Shown: one piece after another, positions 35,888 to 44,961 of the stretch
How the letters are laid out: every line of letters starts with the position of its first letter
Position numbering within the stretch: position 1 is the stretch's first letter
Source: Candidatus Sumerlaeota bacterium
GTDB taxonomy: Bacteria; Sumerlaeota; Sumerlaeia; JADFCW01
NCBI GenBank assembly: GCA_017161705.1
Contig: JADFCW010000004.1
Span: 1 to 53,860, forward strand
Direction: 5' to 3'
DNA: 53,860 nucleotides
The notes under the pieces: model-generated
The model's input: only the letters and a program-made list of their open reading frames with translations
What the model was told of the DNA's origin: nothing
The model's database searches: none
Translations under genes and position numbers: made by a program

Positions 35888-37020
35888 CGGAAAATCCTGT
35901 ACAGCCGTCCCCTGAGCCGCAACCAGCGCTCTATCCAGCGCCGCCGGCGCTCGCGGGGGATGCCGTGAACGGCAAAGGCTTCGTAGATGAACACGCAATG
36001 CGTGCAGCTGCACCGGGTCTCGACAATGGTCCGGCGTTCGGCCTGTGCTTCGGGCGACCGCAACACGGCAGGGAGGTCGTAGGCGCTTTGCCGAAGGTCG
36101 CCTATGACGCCGCGCAACTCGCACGCCCGCACACGACCGTCCGACTCGATCACCGCCATCTCGCGTCCCGCCGGACAGGGTGCCGGCCACCGGCCGCCGC
36201 GCAGCACGTGTTCTTGCCAGCGGTGCAGCTCGCGCAGGTAAGGCGTTTCGTGCGGCCAGCGGCGTTTTTCCGCGTCGGCGTGATACAGCAGGTGGTTGCG
36301 CAGCACGAGCCGGTTAATGCGCCGAAGGGCGCGATAGGGCGGAAGCGCCAGACGGCTGTCGCGCGGAGAACCGCGAAGCATCTCGACGTAGTGGCCGTTC
36401 ACGTCCAGGCGGCTGCGCACGAAGTCGAGCAACTCGGGCAGATGGCGCCAGTTGGCGTCGGATACGACGGTGGAGATATTGACGCGGAGACGGTCGCATT
36501 GCTGGCGTAATTCCGCCGCCATGCGAACCGTTTCGCAGGCTTTCTCGAAGGCGCCCGACACGCCGCGGATCGCATCGTGGCGCGGGCCGATGTCGTCGAG
36601 CGATACGTTCACATCGAGCGCCATTCCGGGACACAGTTCGAGGATGCGCCGCGTGAATAGCCGTGTGCGTTCGGGCAGAAGGCCATTGGTTGGCAGCCCA
36701 ACGTTGCGCAGTCGGTTACTAAGAAAAAATGCGGCAACCACCTCCGGCAGATCGTTGCGCAGGGTTGGCTCGCCGCCGGACAGAAGAAGCGTTTCGAGGG
36801 GGCCGATCTTTGCCGCCACCGCCTCGATCTCCTGCAGCGATAAGTCCGGCCCCGCCCCGTCCATTTCCTTCCAGTAAAAACAGGTCTGGCAGCGCGAATT
36901 GCAGCGCGCGGTGACAAAATAGATCAAATAGCGAAGGGGACTGGCGGGGAAGGAATTCAAGTGTGGATTCTTGCCGTCCACGGGGGCGTGAAAGGGGGGA
37001 CAAGGTTTGGTTGCGGCCAC
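35884..37020 (-). CDS. Radical SAM protein with C-terminal SPASM/twitch-like Cys-rich domain
   Basis: 378 aa with a GTG start. CX3CX2C motif (CNSRCQTC), SAM-binding-like LLSGGEPT. The C-terminal Cys cluster reads CPAG...ACELRG...CSCTHC. Confidence 0.8.
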   Translation of the reverse strand: MAATKPCPPFHAPVDGKNPHLNSFPASPLRYLIYFVTARCNSRCQTCFYWKEMDGAGPDLSLQEIEAVAAKIGPLETLLLSGGEPTLRNDLPEVVAAFFLSNRLRNVGLPTNGLLPERTRLFTRRILELCPGMALDVNVSLDDIGPRHDAIRGVSGAFEKACETVRMAAELRQQCDRLRVNISTVVSDANWRHLPELLDFVRSRLDVNGHYVEMLRGSPRDSRLALPPYRALRRINRLVLRNHLLYHADAEKRRWPHETPYLRELHRWQEHVLRGGRWPAPCPAGREMAVIESDGRVRACELRGVIGDLRQSAYDLPAVLRSPEAQAERRTIVETRCSCTHCVFIYEAFAVHGIPRERRRRWIERWLRLRGRLYRIFR

Positions 37021-37089
37021 AGGCCGTGTCAGGTTGTTGATGTTGGATCGAACGATCAGACAGCAGCGTCTTTCTTCCGTTCCGTTGTT

Positions 37090-37461
37090 CTACGATGGCG
37101 CATTCTCGCGCAGTGCCAATCGCACTTTCTCTTTCAGGTCGTCGAGGTCAACGGGTTTGGTCAGATAAGCGAATACCTCGGCATCCCAGATCGTAAAGTC
37201 GTCCTTCAATCCGCGCACGGCGGTGCACATGATCACCGGCAGGTCGGGGTGTTTTTCCCGAATAGCGTGCAGCACCTCGATGCCGGTCATATCGGCCATG
37301 CGGATGTCGAGGATGACAAGGTCGGGGGGCGAGGCCGCGATCTTTTGTAGAGCCTCGGCGCCCGACTCGGCCAGTTCGACAATGTAGCCGGCCTCTTCGA
37401 GCTCATCGCGGAACAAAATGCGGATGTTCTTTTCGTCGTCAACCACAAGGATTCGGTGCAT
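37090..37461 (-). CDS. Single-domain CheY-like response regulator
   Basis: I place the start at ATG 37461 (MHRILVVDDEKNIR...LVILDIRMADMTG...VIMCTA...YLTKP), with GGGAGG upstream. 123 aa and no output domain. Confidence 0.88.
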   Translation of the reverse strand: MHRILVVDDEKNIRILFRDELEEAGYIVELAESGAEALQKIAASPPDLVILDIRMADMTGIEVLHAIREKHPDLPVIMCTAVRGLKDDFTIWDAEVFAYLTKPVDLDDLKEKVRLALRENAPS

Positions 37462-37726
37462 AGTGGCCTCCCGGACAACCGTGCGCGTATTCGAACAGAC
37501 CCACTCCCGGTGGTTCGCGGGCGGGAACACAACACCGAAATGCGCCGAACGGCCGGTTCATTTCAATGAATTTCTTTGCGTTGGCCGCTCGTTTCCCGGC
37601 GGTGGACGCGAAAAGGTCTTGACGCGCGCCCCCCATTTTCGGCTATTTTAGCCAAAGCTGGGTTTGCATGAAGGGCCAAAGAGAATTCACACTTGAGAAT
37701 CATTCCTAACAAGCTTGGCTAAGGTT

Positions 37727-39805
37727 ATGTCTCCGACTGCCATGAACTTACTCCATCCGATCTTTCATCTTCACGGATACCATATCGGCTCCCGAATTGA
37801 CATTGAGCGAATTCTTCCGAGCAACCTCGAGGATGAAGACTGCGACCTTTTGATAGACGACCTGTCGGAACCGCCGCATTTTATCGAGCGTCTCGCCCCT
37901 GTCAGCACCCAATTCGGCAAGGAGACCGTCCGGGGCAAGAACTGGACGGAGTTGATGATCAAAAGCCTGCGGGCGCTCGAACGCCTGCTCGCCCAGATTA
38001 CCCTTTCGATCCATCAGCTGGTACAGTCCAAACTGGGCGAGCGCGGCATGGTGCCGTTCATGTCCGCTGACTTGGATGCCGATACGCTCCACCGCATCAT
38101 CGAGATGGATTACGAGATCGGTGAAAACATCTACGGGCGCATTCTCGATCTGTTTCGCTCCGGTGTCCTCGCACCCACCCTGACCGTTCCGTTCCAGATC
38201 ATCCTGCCGTTGGTCGAGCGCGAGGACGATGTCCGGCTGCTCATCCGGATGGGGTTGAATTTCTACTGGCCCCTCATGATGCGTTATCAGCGATACGTGG
38301 CCAAGGTGCACGGGGAGGACTTGTTCGTGGGCACGTTCTGGCTGCCCGAAGCCGGATACAGCTCCCGCGTGCTGGCGATGCTCCATGAAGAGTTCATGGC
38401 CAAGTGCAAGGAGGAAAAAATTGCGCAGGCGCACTTGCTCCTGCTGCTCGACCATGACCAGTGTGTGCAGCACAACGGCGATGCCCTGATGAAGTCGTGG
38501 AATGTCATTCCGCTCGACGACAAAGGCCGCACGCTTGTTTCGGTAGTCCTGCGCGACCGCACCTTCAGCGAATGGGTCATGTATAGCAACCCGTCGGTCA
38601 AAAAACTACTCGACCGCACGATAGCCAAGGCGGATTCGGACCTCAACAGCAAGGGAATCGAATACTGCTGGTCGCATTTCGACGATCTGCCGGCGCTGTG
38701 CTACAGTCCCAAGACGGCGCTCAACTTCGAGCAGAAAGTGGTCAAGCTGACCGAGCTGGGGTATCTGCCGATTTCCCCCGATGTGTTTGTGCGGCGCAAA
38801 CTTCTCGAACGATATGGCCGCGCTCCCAACGAACCTGTGCATGTCCGCATTCTCGAACGCACCGCTCGGCGAGACTGGCATCCGGCCAATCCCAATATGG
38901 GCCGCTGGGAGGGTTTTCTCGACGGCAATGTCGAGACGCGCATTGTGGACGAAAACCATCCCTATTTCCGCCGCACGCCCGCTGGCCGCAAGGAAGAACC
39001 CGGCCCCCAGTGCTGGAAGATCGCCTTTTGCCGGGCCCTCCGCACCTGTTTCGATACCGTGCGCGGCGACTATGACAAGGCCGGCCCGGGCATGTTACGC
39101 GTGCTGGCCGAGATGGTTCCCACGGGCGACCGGAAAATCCGGCGGCAAAATGTCGAGCGGTTCCTTCTGGCTTATTCCTACGTCTATTGGCGGGAGCATT
39201 TCCTTAATTTTGATCTGTCCGAAGGCGATCTCAATCTCCACGTCCTCGCGCCGGAAAATCTCCTTTACGGTCTGCGCGGGGCGGAATTGACCGACGAGCA
39301 GATCGTCATCGCCGCCGTTGCCGCGCAAGCCTACTACTTTGCTCTCAGCAGCCTCGAATCTTTTGCCACGCTTTGGGAGAACATGGACCAGCGCGCTGCT
39401 TATCAATGCGTGGTGATGGCCTGCCTTGCCATGATCAATGCCATCCACGTGCACCATTGGATGGGTCGGCCCGAAATGGCGCAGAAGATCGTGGGGGTCT
39501 ATCGCGAGGAACTGATCGGGTTCGAGTCCGCCTATACGCGCTACAACCTCGCCTCCTTTGGCGTTAAACCCGAAGAGTGGAAACAAGCGATCAAGTCCGA
39601 GGTTCCGGATTGCCAGTTGAACATGGTCGAGCGGGCGGCCCGGCGTCTGGCCGCGCGGCATTTGCGCGACCTCGGTTACAAGCGCGAGTTCCCCAAGACC
39701 GATGAAAGCCTTTCTACCAATGTCGGCCACATCTGGTCGGCCGAGGTCGAACAGGGCAACTTCATCTGGGAGAATCCGCTCTTCTACGGCACGCCGGAAT
39801 CCTGA
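37727..39805 (+). CDS. Large (about 690 aa) uncharacterised cytoplasmic protein, distantly GH57-like / DUF3536-like
   Basis: The frame stays open for about 2.08 kb. Motifs reminiscent of glycoside hydrolase family 57 are HPIFHLHGYH near the N-terminus, TVPFQIILPL, and GTFWLPEAGYS (compare the GH57 WLPE nucleophile region). The start is uncertain: TTG 37715, ATG 37727 or ATG 37742. Confidence 0.4.
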   Translation: MSPTAMNLLHPIFHLHGYHIGSRIDIERILPSNLEDEDCDLLIDDLSEPPHFIERLAPVSTQFGKETVRGKNWTELMIKSLRALERLLAQITLSIHQLVQSKLGERGMVPFMSADLDADTLHRIIEMDYEIGENIYGRILDLFRSGVLAPTLTVPFQIILPLVEREDDVRLLIRMGLNFYWPLMMRYQRYVAKVHGEDLFVGTFWLPEAGYSSRVLAMLHEEFMAKCKEEKIAQAHLLLLLDHDQCVQHNGDALMKSWNVIPLDDKGRTLVSVVLRDRTFSEWVMYSNPSVKKLLDRTIAKADSDLNSKGIEYCWSHFDDLPALCYSPKTALNFEQKVVKLTELGYLPISPDVFVRRKLLERYGRAPNEPVHVRILERTARRDWHPANPNMGRWEGFLDGNVETRIVDENHPYFRRTPAGRKEEPGPQCWKIAFCRALRTCFDTVRGDYDKAGPGMLRVLAEMVPTGDRKIRRQNVERFLLAYSYVYWREHFLNFDLSEGDLNLHVLAPENLLYGLRGAELTDEQIVIAAVAAQAYYFALSSLESFATLWENMDQRAAYQCVVMACLAMINAIHVHHWMGRPEMAQKIVGVYREELIGFESAYTRYNLASFGVKPEEWKQAIKSEVPDCQLNMVERAARRLAARHLRDLGYKREFPKTDESLSTNVGHIWSAEVEQGNFIWENPLFYGTPES

Positions 39806-39912
39806 ACTGCGCCGCAGGACATTTACGTATTGCGTGTTGGGGATCAGGGGGGCTTTTTTGACAGGATGTGCGCGATTCGCACGATTCTTGCAGTTGGCGA
39901 TAGAACCATTCT

Positions 39913-40509
39913 ATGAGCGAAGCGATCCGCTGCTTTCTGGCTGTCGAGGTCTCCGAGTCGGTGCGCGCCGCTGCCGCCCGTCTGGCCGACAACCTCCGCA
40001 AAGGCATTCAATTCACCAAAGCGCACCCCGCATGGGTGAAAATGGAAAACCAGCATTTCACGGTGGTCTTTCTGGGCAACCAAACCCCCGCGCAAATCGA
40101 ACATATCCAAAGCGCCCTGAGCGATTTGCCGCAGCGCATCGCTCCGTTCGCGGTGGAAGTGGCCGGCCTGGGCGTATTCCCCAATGAGCGAAGTCCGCGG
40201 GTGCTGTGGGTGGGAGTCCGCCGGGGGCGTGAAGCCTTCGGGGCGCTTTACGAGCAGGTGACCGGCCGCCTTGTGCCGCTGGGCTTTCAGCCGGAAAGCC
40301 GCCCGTTTCATCCGCACCTGACTTTGGCGCGGATCAAGTCGTTTCGGGGCATTGCCGAGATGATGGATGTCGTGCGCAGCCACAAGGAGTACAGCTGCGG
40401 ATCGTTCACCGCGTCCGGTCTGACGCTGTTTCGCAGTCAACTCCATCCCGACGGGGCGATCTACACGGTGCTGGCGCAATGGCCGTTTGGCGCACCGTCG
40501 GCCCATTGA
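39913..40509 (+). CDS. thpR: RNA 2',3'-cyclic phosphodiesterase (2H family, ThpR/LigT)
   Basis: 198 aa. Carries the two HxT/S motifs of the 2H superfamily (HFTVVFLG and HPHLTLAR). Confidence 0.85.
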   Translation: MSEAIRCFLAVEVSESVRAAAARLADNLRKGIQFTKAHPAWVKMENQHFTVVFLGNQTPAQIEHIQSALSDLPQRIAPFAVEVAGLGVFPNERSPRVLWVGVRRGREAFGALYEQVTGRLVPLGFQPESRPFHPHLTLARIKSFRGIAEMMDVVRSHKEYSCGSFTASGLTLFRSQLHPDGAIYTVLAQWPFGAPSAH

Positions 40510-40555
40510 CTGCGCGAAACCGCGCTTTCTCCGTCGAGACAGGAATTCCTTTCTC

Positions 40556-42022
40556 ATGCCCACTCCCACGCAGCGGCTGTTTCGGCACTCTGCCGGTTAT
40601 ATGGCCGGCCAGGGTGCCTTTTTTCTCAGCCGTCTGATTTTCTATATTGCTTTTACGCGACTGTTTGATCCCGCCGACTACGGAACGCTCAATCTCATAT
40701 CGAGCGCGCTGCTGTTTTTCATTGTTGCCGTGCGGCTGGGGCAAAACGACTCCATTGTCCGTCTGCTGCCCGACGGCAAGAAAAGCGGCAAGGCGCCATG
40801 CTATGTCGCCTCGATTGTTTTGCCCATGCTGGGTTTTGGCCTTGCGGCGACCGCGCTGTTATTCGGGGCGGTTGCCGGCGTGGCCGCGCTGCGACCGCTG
40901 CCGCCCGACTTGCGCTGGGCCTTCTATTTTGCCTGTCCCATTGTCGGGCTGCGTCTGGGCGCTGATCTGACGTATGCGATTCTGCGGGCGCTCGAACGCC
41001 CTGTGCCGGCTGTGATTCTCGACGCGGGCCGCAACTGGCTAACGATCGCGGCCAGCCTGGCGATGGTATTCGCGTGGCAGGCTTCGATGGCGCCGTTTTT
41101 TCTGGGGCAGCTGGCAGGGGAATTCGTGGTGTTTTTCCTTTGCCTGAGGTTTCTGGCGCGGCAGTTCTCGCTTCGGCCGGCGGAGTTCGACCGGGGGGTC
41201 TGGCGACAGGCGTTGGCCTATGGTCTGCCGATGGTCGTGTATCACTTGTCGGCGGTTGCGCTGCTTTACGTGGACCGCTATATCGTGCTGGGATACTTCG
41301 GGCCGGGGGCGGTCGGTCAGTATTCGGCGGGGTATAATCTGGCGGCGATGGTGCAGCAGATTTTTGCACTGCCCGTTACGCTGGCTGTCGTGCCGCTGTA
41401 TATGAACCTGTGGAGCCGGGGCGAGCCGGAGTCGGCGCGGATGTTTGTCGAAAGCACTTTGCGCTGGTTTTGGGCGGGCGCGTGGCCGTGCATTTTCGGC
41501 GTGGCCGCCATCAAGTCCGATCTCATTTTGCTTCTGGCGACCGAGAAATACCAGGAATCCAGTCCCGTCGTAACCTATGTGCTGGCCGGCTACATTGTGT
41601 ATGGCGCCTATCCCATTTATGCGGCGGGGCTTCTGATTCACAAGAAGACGGGCGCGTTGTGCCTGTGGATGCTGGCGGCGCTGGCCGTCAACGTCGGGGT
41701 CAACTTGTTGCTCGTCCCGCGGTTTCATATTGTGGGAGCGGCGGCCGCCACGACCGTTGCCTATGTCTTTTTTGCCCTGGCCGTCGCGTTGGCTTCCCGC
41801 CGTTACCTGGCTGTGCGGCTTTGGCCGCCGCAGGCCACACGCTATCTGGTCGGTGCTCTGGCCATGTATCTCGCCGTGCGGGCCATTGCATTGCCTCATC
41901 CCGCTCTATCGTTGACAGCACGCCTTGCCGCAGGAACGGCATTCTACGGTGTGTGGTTGTATTTGACCGACAGCGACGTGCGCCAGCAAGCGGTCCGCGT
42001 CCTGCGCCGCCCGCGACCGTAA
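40556..42022 (+). CDS. Polysaccharide/oligosaccharide flippase (MOP superfamily, Wzx-like)
   Basis: About 488 aa from ATG 40556, with about 12-14 predicted hydrophobic helices. The N-terminal pattern is typical of polysaccharide biosynthesis proteins. The start is uncertain. Confidence 0.7.
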   Translation: MPTPTQRLFRHSAGYMAGQGAFFLSRLIFYIAFTRLFDPADYGTLNLISSALLFFIVAVRLGQNDSIVRLLPDGKKSGKAPCYVASIVLPMLGFGLAATALLFGAVAGVAALRPLPPDLRWAFYFACPIVGLRLGADLTYAILRALERPVPAVILDAGRNWLTIAASLAMVFAWQASMAPFFLGQLAGEFVVFFLCLRFLARQFSLRPAEFDRGVWRQALAYGLPMVVYHLSAVALLYVDRYIVLGYFGPGAVGQYSAGYNLAAMVQQIFALPVTLAVVPLYMNLWSRGEPESARMFVESTLRWFWAGAWPCIFGVAAIKSDLILLLATEKYQESSPVVTYVLAGYIVYGAYPIYAAGLLIHKKTGALCLWMLAALAVNVGVNLLLVPRFHIVGAAAATTVAYVFFALAVALASRRYLAVRLWPPQATRYLVGALAMYLAVRAIALPHPALSLTARLAAGTAFYGVWLYLTDSDVRQQAVRVLRRPRP

Positions 42023-42130
42023 CGCCGGGCCAGACTCTTGTTGCAATCTTCCGACAGCATGCCCAAGGTTTTGTCGAATTATTGCCGCTGCTGGCGCACT
42101 CCCATCCTGTCCTAAGCGGGTGAAAACATC

Positions 42131-43354
42131 GTGGAACAAGCCGAAACGATCGTCCCTTGGCAACAACGCCCCGACGCCGATGGTCATTTTGGCGAATTCG
42201 GCGGACGCTATGTGCCCGAAACGCTTATGCCCGTTCTGCTGGAACTGGAGCAGCAGTATTACCGCTTCCGCGACGATAAGGGTTTTCGTGCCGAACTGGA
42301 TCATCTGCTTCGCACGTATGCGGGCCGGCCTACGCCGCTCTATTTCGCGCGGCGCCTAAGCGAGCGGCTCGGCCGGGGCATCCGTGTGTATCTCAAGCGC
42401 GAAGATCTTCTCCACACCGGCGCGCATAAGATCAACAACACGCTCGGCCAGGGACTGCTGGCCTGCCGCATGGGCAAGCCCCGCGTGATTGCCGAAACCG
42501 GGGCGGGCCAGCACGGCGTGGCCACGGCCACCGCGGCTGCGCTCCTTGGCCTACAGTGCGAAGTGTTCATGGGCGAGGAGGACATGGCGCGCCAGGCGCT
42601 CAATGTCTTTCGCATGGAGCTGCTCGGCGCGCGCGTCGTGCCTGTGCGCTCCGGGAGCCGCACGCTCAAGGACGCCACCAACGAGGCCTTTCGCGACTGG
42701 ATGGCGCGGTGCGAGGATACGCACTATATCGTCGGGTCGGTCGTCGGCCCGCATCCGTTTCCGATGATCGTGCGGGATTTTCAATCGGTCATCGGCATCG
42801 AAGCGCGCGCGCAGATTCTGGAAATCGAAAAACGTCTGCCCGATGTGCTGCTTGCGTGCGTCGGCGGCGGGAGCAATTCCCTCGGGCTTTTCCATCCGTT
42901 TTACGAAGACCACACCGTGCAATTTATCGGCGTCGAAGCGGCGGGCCTGGGGCGCCACACAGGCAAGCACGCCATGTCCATCAGCACGGGGCAGATCGGG
43001 ATTTTTCATGGCGCGCGAGAGTACGTACTCCAGAACGACGACGGCCAGATTCAAATTGCGCATTCGATCTCGGCGGGGCTGGACTATCCGGGTGTCGGCC
43101 CCGAGCACTGCTTTTATGCGGCCAGCGGGCGCGCGCGCTATGCCGCCATCACGGACGCCGAGGCGCTCGAAGGCGTCAAGGTGCTGTGCGAACTGGAAGG
43201 GATCATTCCGGCGCTCGAATCGGCCCACGCCGTCGCACATCTGGTTCTCCACCTGCGCGATGAACTGCCCGAAGGTGCTGTCGTCATCGTCTGTCTTTCC
43301 GGCCGCGGCGATAAAGATGTCTATGTGCTGAAAGAGCATTTGCGGAAAACGTAA
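42131..43354 (+). CDS. trpB: Tryptophan synthase beta chain
   Basis: 407 aa. PLP-lysine motif [11 protein letters not shown] and GGGSNSLG. Full-length TrpB pattern. Confidence 0.95.
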   Translation: MEQAETIVPWQQRPDADGHFGEFGGRYVPETLMPVLLELEQQYYRFRDDKGFRAELDHLLRTYAGRPTPLYFARRLSERLGRGIRVYLKREDLLHTGAHKINNTLGQGLLACRMGKPRVIAETGAGQHGVATATAAALLGLQCEVFMGEEDMARQALNVFRMELLGARVVPVRSGSRTLKDATNEAFRDWMARCEDTHYIVGSVVGPHPFPMIVRDFQSVIGIEARAQILEIEKRLPDVLLACVGGGSNSLGLFHPFYEDHTVQFIGVEAAGLGRHTGKHAMSISTGQIGIFHGAREYVLQNDDGQIQIAHSISAGLDYPGVGPEHCFYAASGRARYAAITDAEALEGVKVLCELEGIIPALESAHAVAHLVLHLRDELPEGAVVIVCLSGRGDKDVYVLKEHLRKT

Positions 43355-43495
43355 GGAGCAGGGCCATAGGAATCGCGCGCCCCAAATAGGGCGCGCACCT
43401 GGCTCGACATACCAAGAGACACTCGACAACGAACGGTCGGAATTGCGCATAACCCTTGGTCGTCGCGCGAGCAAATCGTTCGGAGGGATGGCAAA

Positions 43496-44614
43496 ATGAA
43501 AAACCTCGTTTCTGTCATCGAAGAGATGCGCACGAAGCGGGAGAAGTATCGGAAGGAAGAACTGAAGGAATACCCGACGCGCACGATCTTTATAGACCCC
43601 CTTCTCCTAGCCTTGGGTTGGGACGTTCGGGATCATGACGAGGTTCAGTTGGAATACCCCACGATTGACGGAAAGTCTGTGGATTATGCCCCCAAGATCA
43701 ATCGAAAGCCTGTCTTGTTCATCGAAGCGAAGCCGCTCAATGATCCGCTCACTGATGTTAAAGCCATCACGCAGGTCGTCGGCTATGCGGCCAACGAAGG
43801 GGTTGTGGGGTGCATCCTGACCAATGGGGCAACATATAAAGTCTATCGGAGCACAGAAAAGGCCGAGGCGCCGGATCAACTCTTGTTCGAGGTTTCGATA
43901 GACCCAAAGCGATCCGAAGGGCAATCCCTCGGGCAGGTTGCCGAGCCACTTCATCGCTTTTCGCGCGAGGCGATGGCCCGCGGCGTGCTCGACGAGATTG
44001 GCGAGCAGGTGTTCACAACGGGAAAGGTCCGCAAAGCTTTGGAGCGGCTCTTTTTGGACCCGCAACCGTGGCTGATTCGGAAGATTCGATCGGCCATGGG
44101 CGATCAGTCTGTCCAGCCGATCCAAGTCAAAGCCGCGCTTCGCCGGATATGGGGGCTGCCGGCAGAAGCGGACAGCAGCATGGGAAAGGGCGCCCATCCA
44201 CTTCGCGCGGAGAAACCCGTCCCAAGCCGTCGAAGAGAACGACCAAAGCAGGACTATGGCGAAGAGCACCATACAAAAGAGATTCCTCAAGAGGTCCTGG
44301 AGCTGTACCGTGCTTTCGATAGATTCTGTCGAGAGTTGGACCCGTCCCTTCAAAAGAGATATCTTGCCACGTACATCGGCTATGCGCGCGGCAAAAGGCT
44401 GTTCTGCTGTGTCCATTTACAGAAACACGGTCTAAAGGTTGGGTTGAATCTGGACTACTCGGAATTGGCAAGTCCTCCGGAAAACATTACCCTCCGCGAC
44501 GTTTCGCAACTCGGCCATTGGGGAGTAGGCAACGTCGAAGTTCGAATAGACAGCCAGCAAGCGCTGCAGGCAGCGAAACCGTACATCCAGCAGTCGTTTG
44601 AGAAGAATAAATGA
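43496..44614 (+). CDS. PD-(D/E)xK nuclease-fold protein: HsdR_N-like N-terminal domain plus DUF5655-like C-terminal domain
   Basis: 372 aa with GGAGGG SD. The N-terminus reads IFIDPLLLALGWDV...SVDYAPK...VLFIEAKPL...QVVGYA, which gives the D...ExK...Q..Y pattern of type I restriction HsdR N-terminal domains. The C-terminus reads YLATYIGYARGKRLFCCVHLQKHGLKVGLNL...LRDVSQLGHWGVGNVEVRI, which is DUF5655-like. The first 60 nt have 29 G+C by hand count, which looks lower than the flanks by eye. Confidence 0.6.
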   Translation: MKNLVSVIEEMRTKREKYRKEELKEYPTRTIFIDPLLLALGWDVRDHDEVQLEYPTIDGKSVDYAPKINRKPVLFIEAKPLNDPLTDVKAITQVVGYAANEGVVGCILTNGATYKVYRSTEKAEAPDQLLFEVSIDPKRSEGQSLGQVAEPLHRFSREAMARGVLDEIGEQVFTTGKVRKALERLFLDPQPWLIRKIRSAMGDQSVQPIQVKAALRRIWGLPAEADSSMGKGAHPLRAEKPVPSRRRERPKQDYGEEHHTKEIPQEVLELYRAFDRFCRELDPSLQKRYLATYIGYARGKRLFCCVHLQKHGLKVGLNLDYSELASPPENITLRDVSQLGHWGVGNVEVRIDSQQALQAAKPYIQQSFEKNK

Positions 44615-44665
44615 CCAATGGTCTCTCCGAGTGTGTTGTATGATTGGCGGTTTGGATCCAACGGT

Positions 44666-44735
44666 TTTGGAGTGCGGCAGCCATGCTGCCGCTTTGTTTG
44701 TGTCTTTGGAGTGCGGCAGCCATGCTGCCGCTTTT
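44666..44735 (+). repeat. Two perfect copies of the 31-bp palindromic element TTTGGAGTGCGGCAGCCATGCTGCCGCTTTG, starts 39 bp apart
   Basis: Copies at 44666..44696 and 44705..44735 are read directly. The core GCGGCAGC-cat-GCTGCCGC forms an 8-bp stem. Confidence 0.9.
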
Positions 44736-44757
44736 TGGCCTCAAGTCAGGTCGTTGC

Positions 44758-44816
44758 TTTTGGGCCGGAAGCCTTGCTGCCGTTTTTCGGCCGGAAGCCG
44801 CGTTGCCGCTTTTTGG
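44758..44816 (+). repeat. Two degenerate copies of the same palindromic element
   Basis: TTTTGGGCCGGAAGCCTTGCTGCCGTTTTT and TTCGGCCGGAAGCCGCGTTGCCGCTTTTTGG keep the TTTGG...GCTGCCG..TTT frame but have lost stem complementarity. Confidence 0.6.
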
Positions 44817-44867
44817 CCCGAAGATGCGCTTCGGGCTATGACCGGCCAACAGGGTTGGCCGGTTGGG

Positions 44868-44898
44868 AAAGCGCAAGCATGGCTTGCGCAGTCCAAAG
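44868..44898 (-). repeat. Inverted-orientation variant copy of the palindromic element
   Basis: AAAGCGCAAGCATGGCTTGCGCAGTCCAAAG has compensated stem changes (GCGCAAGC/GCTTGCGC). The orientation is opposite to the copies at 44666-44816. Confidence 0.75.
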
Positions 44899-44961
44899 CG
44901 CTGGCAGTCCAACGCGCTGGCAGTCCAACGCGCTGGCAGTCCAACGCGCTGGCAGTCCAAC
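44898..44961. repeat. Perfect 16-bp tandem repeat (GCGCTGGCAGTCCAAC) x4
   Basis: Four head-to-tail identical units, read directly. The unit resembles the tail (GC.GCAGTCCAAA) of the adjacent palindromic element. Confidence 0.9.

Noticed and set aside
35888-36190. Long N-terminal extension of the GT2 ORF (also extensions at 12888..12911, 15066..15158, 15129..15383, 16102..16275, 24143..24295, 22432..22488, 26915..27022, 37462..37530, 40487..40555, 45808..45987, 52386..52598)
   Set aside because: Each extension overlaps the neighbouring gene or lacks an SD. An internal ATG or GTG with a good SD and a family-typical N-terminus (signal peptide or conserved first motif) gives a better start.
35884-37020. 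Radical SAM/SPASM gene as a RiPP maturase with a nearby precursor peptide
   Set aside because: I found no credible small precursor ORF in the flanks, and the neighbours are sugar-metabolism genes. This remains a hypothesis to test rather than a call.
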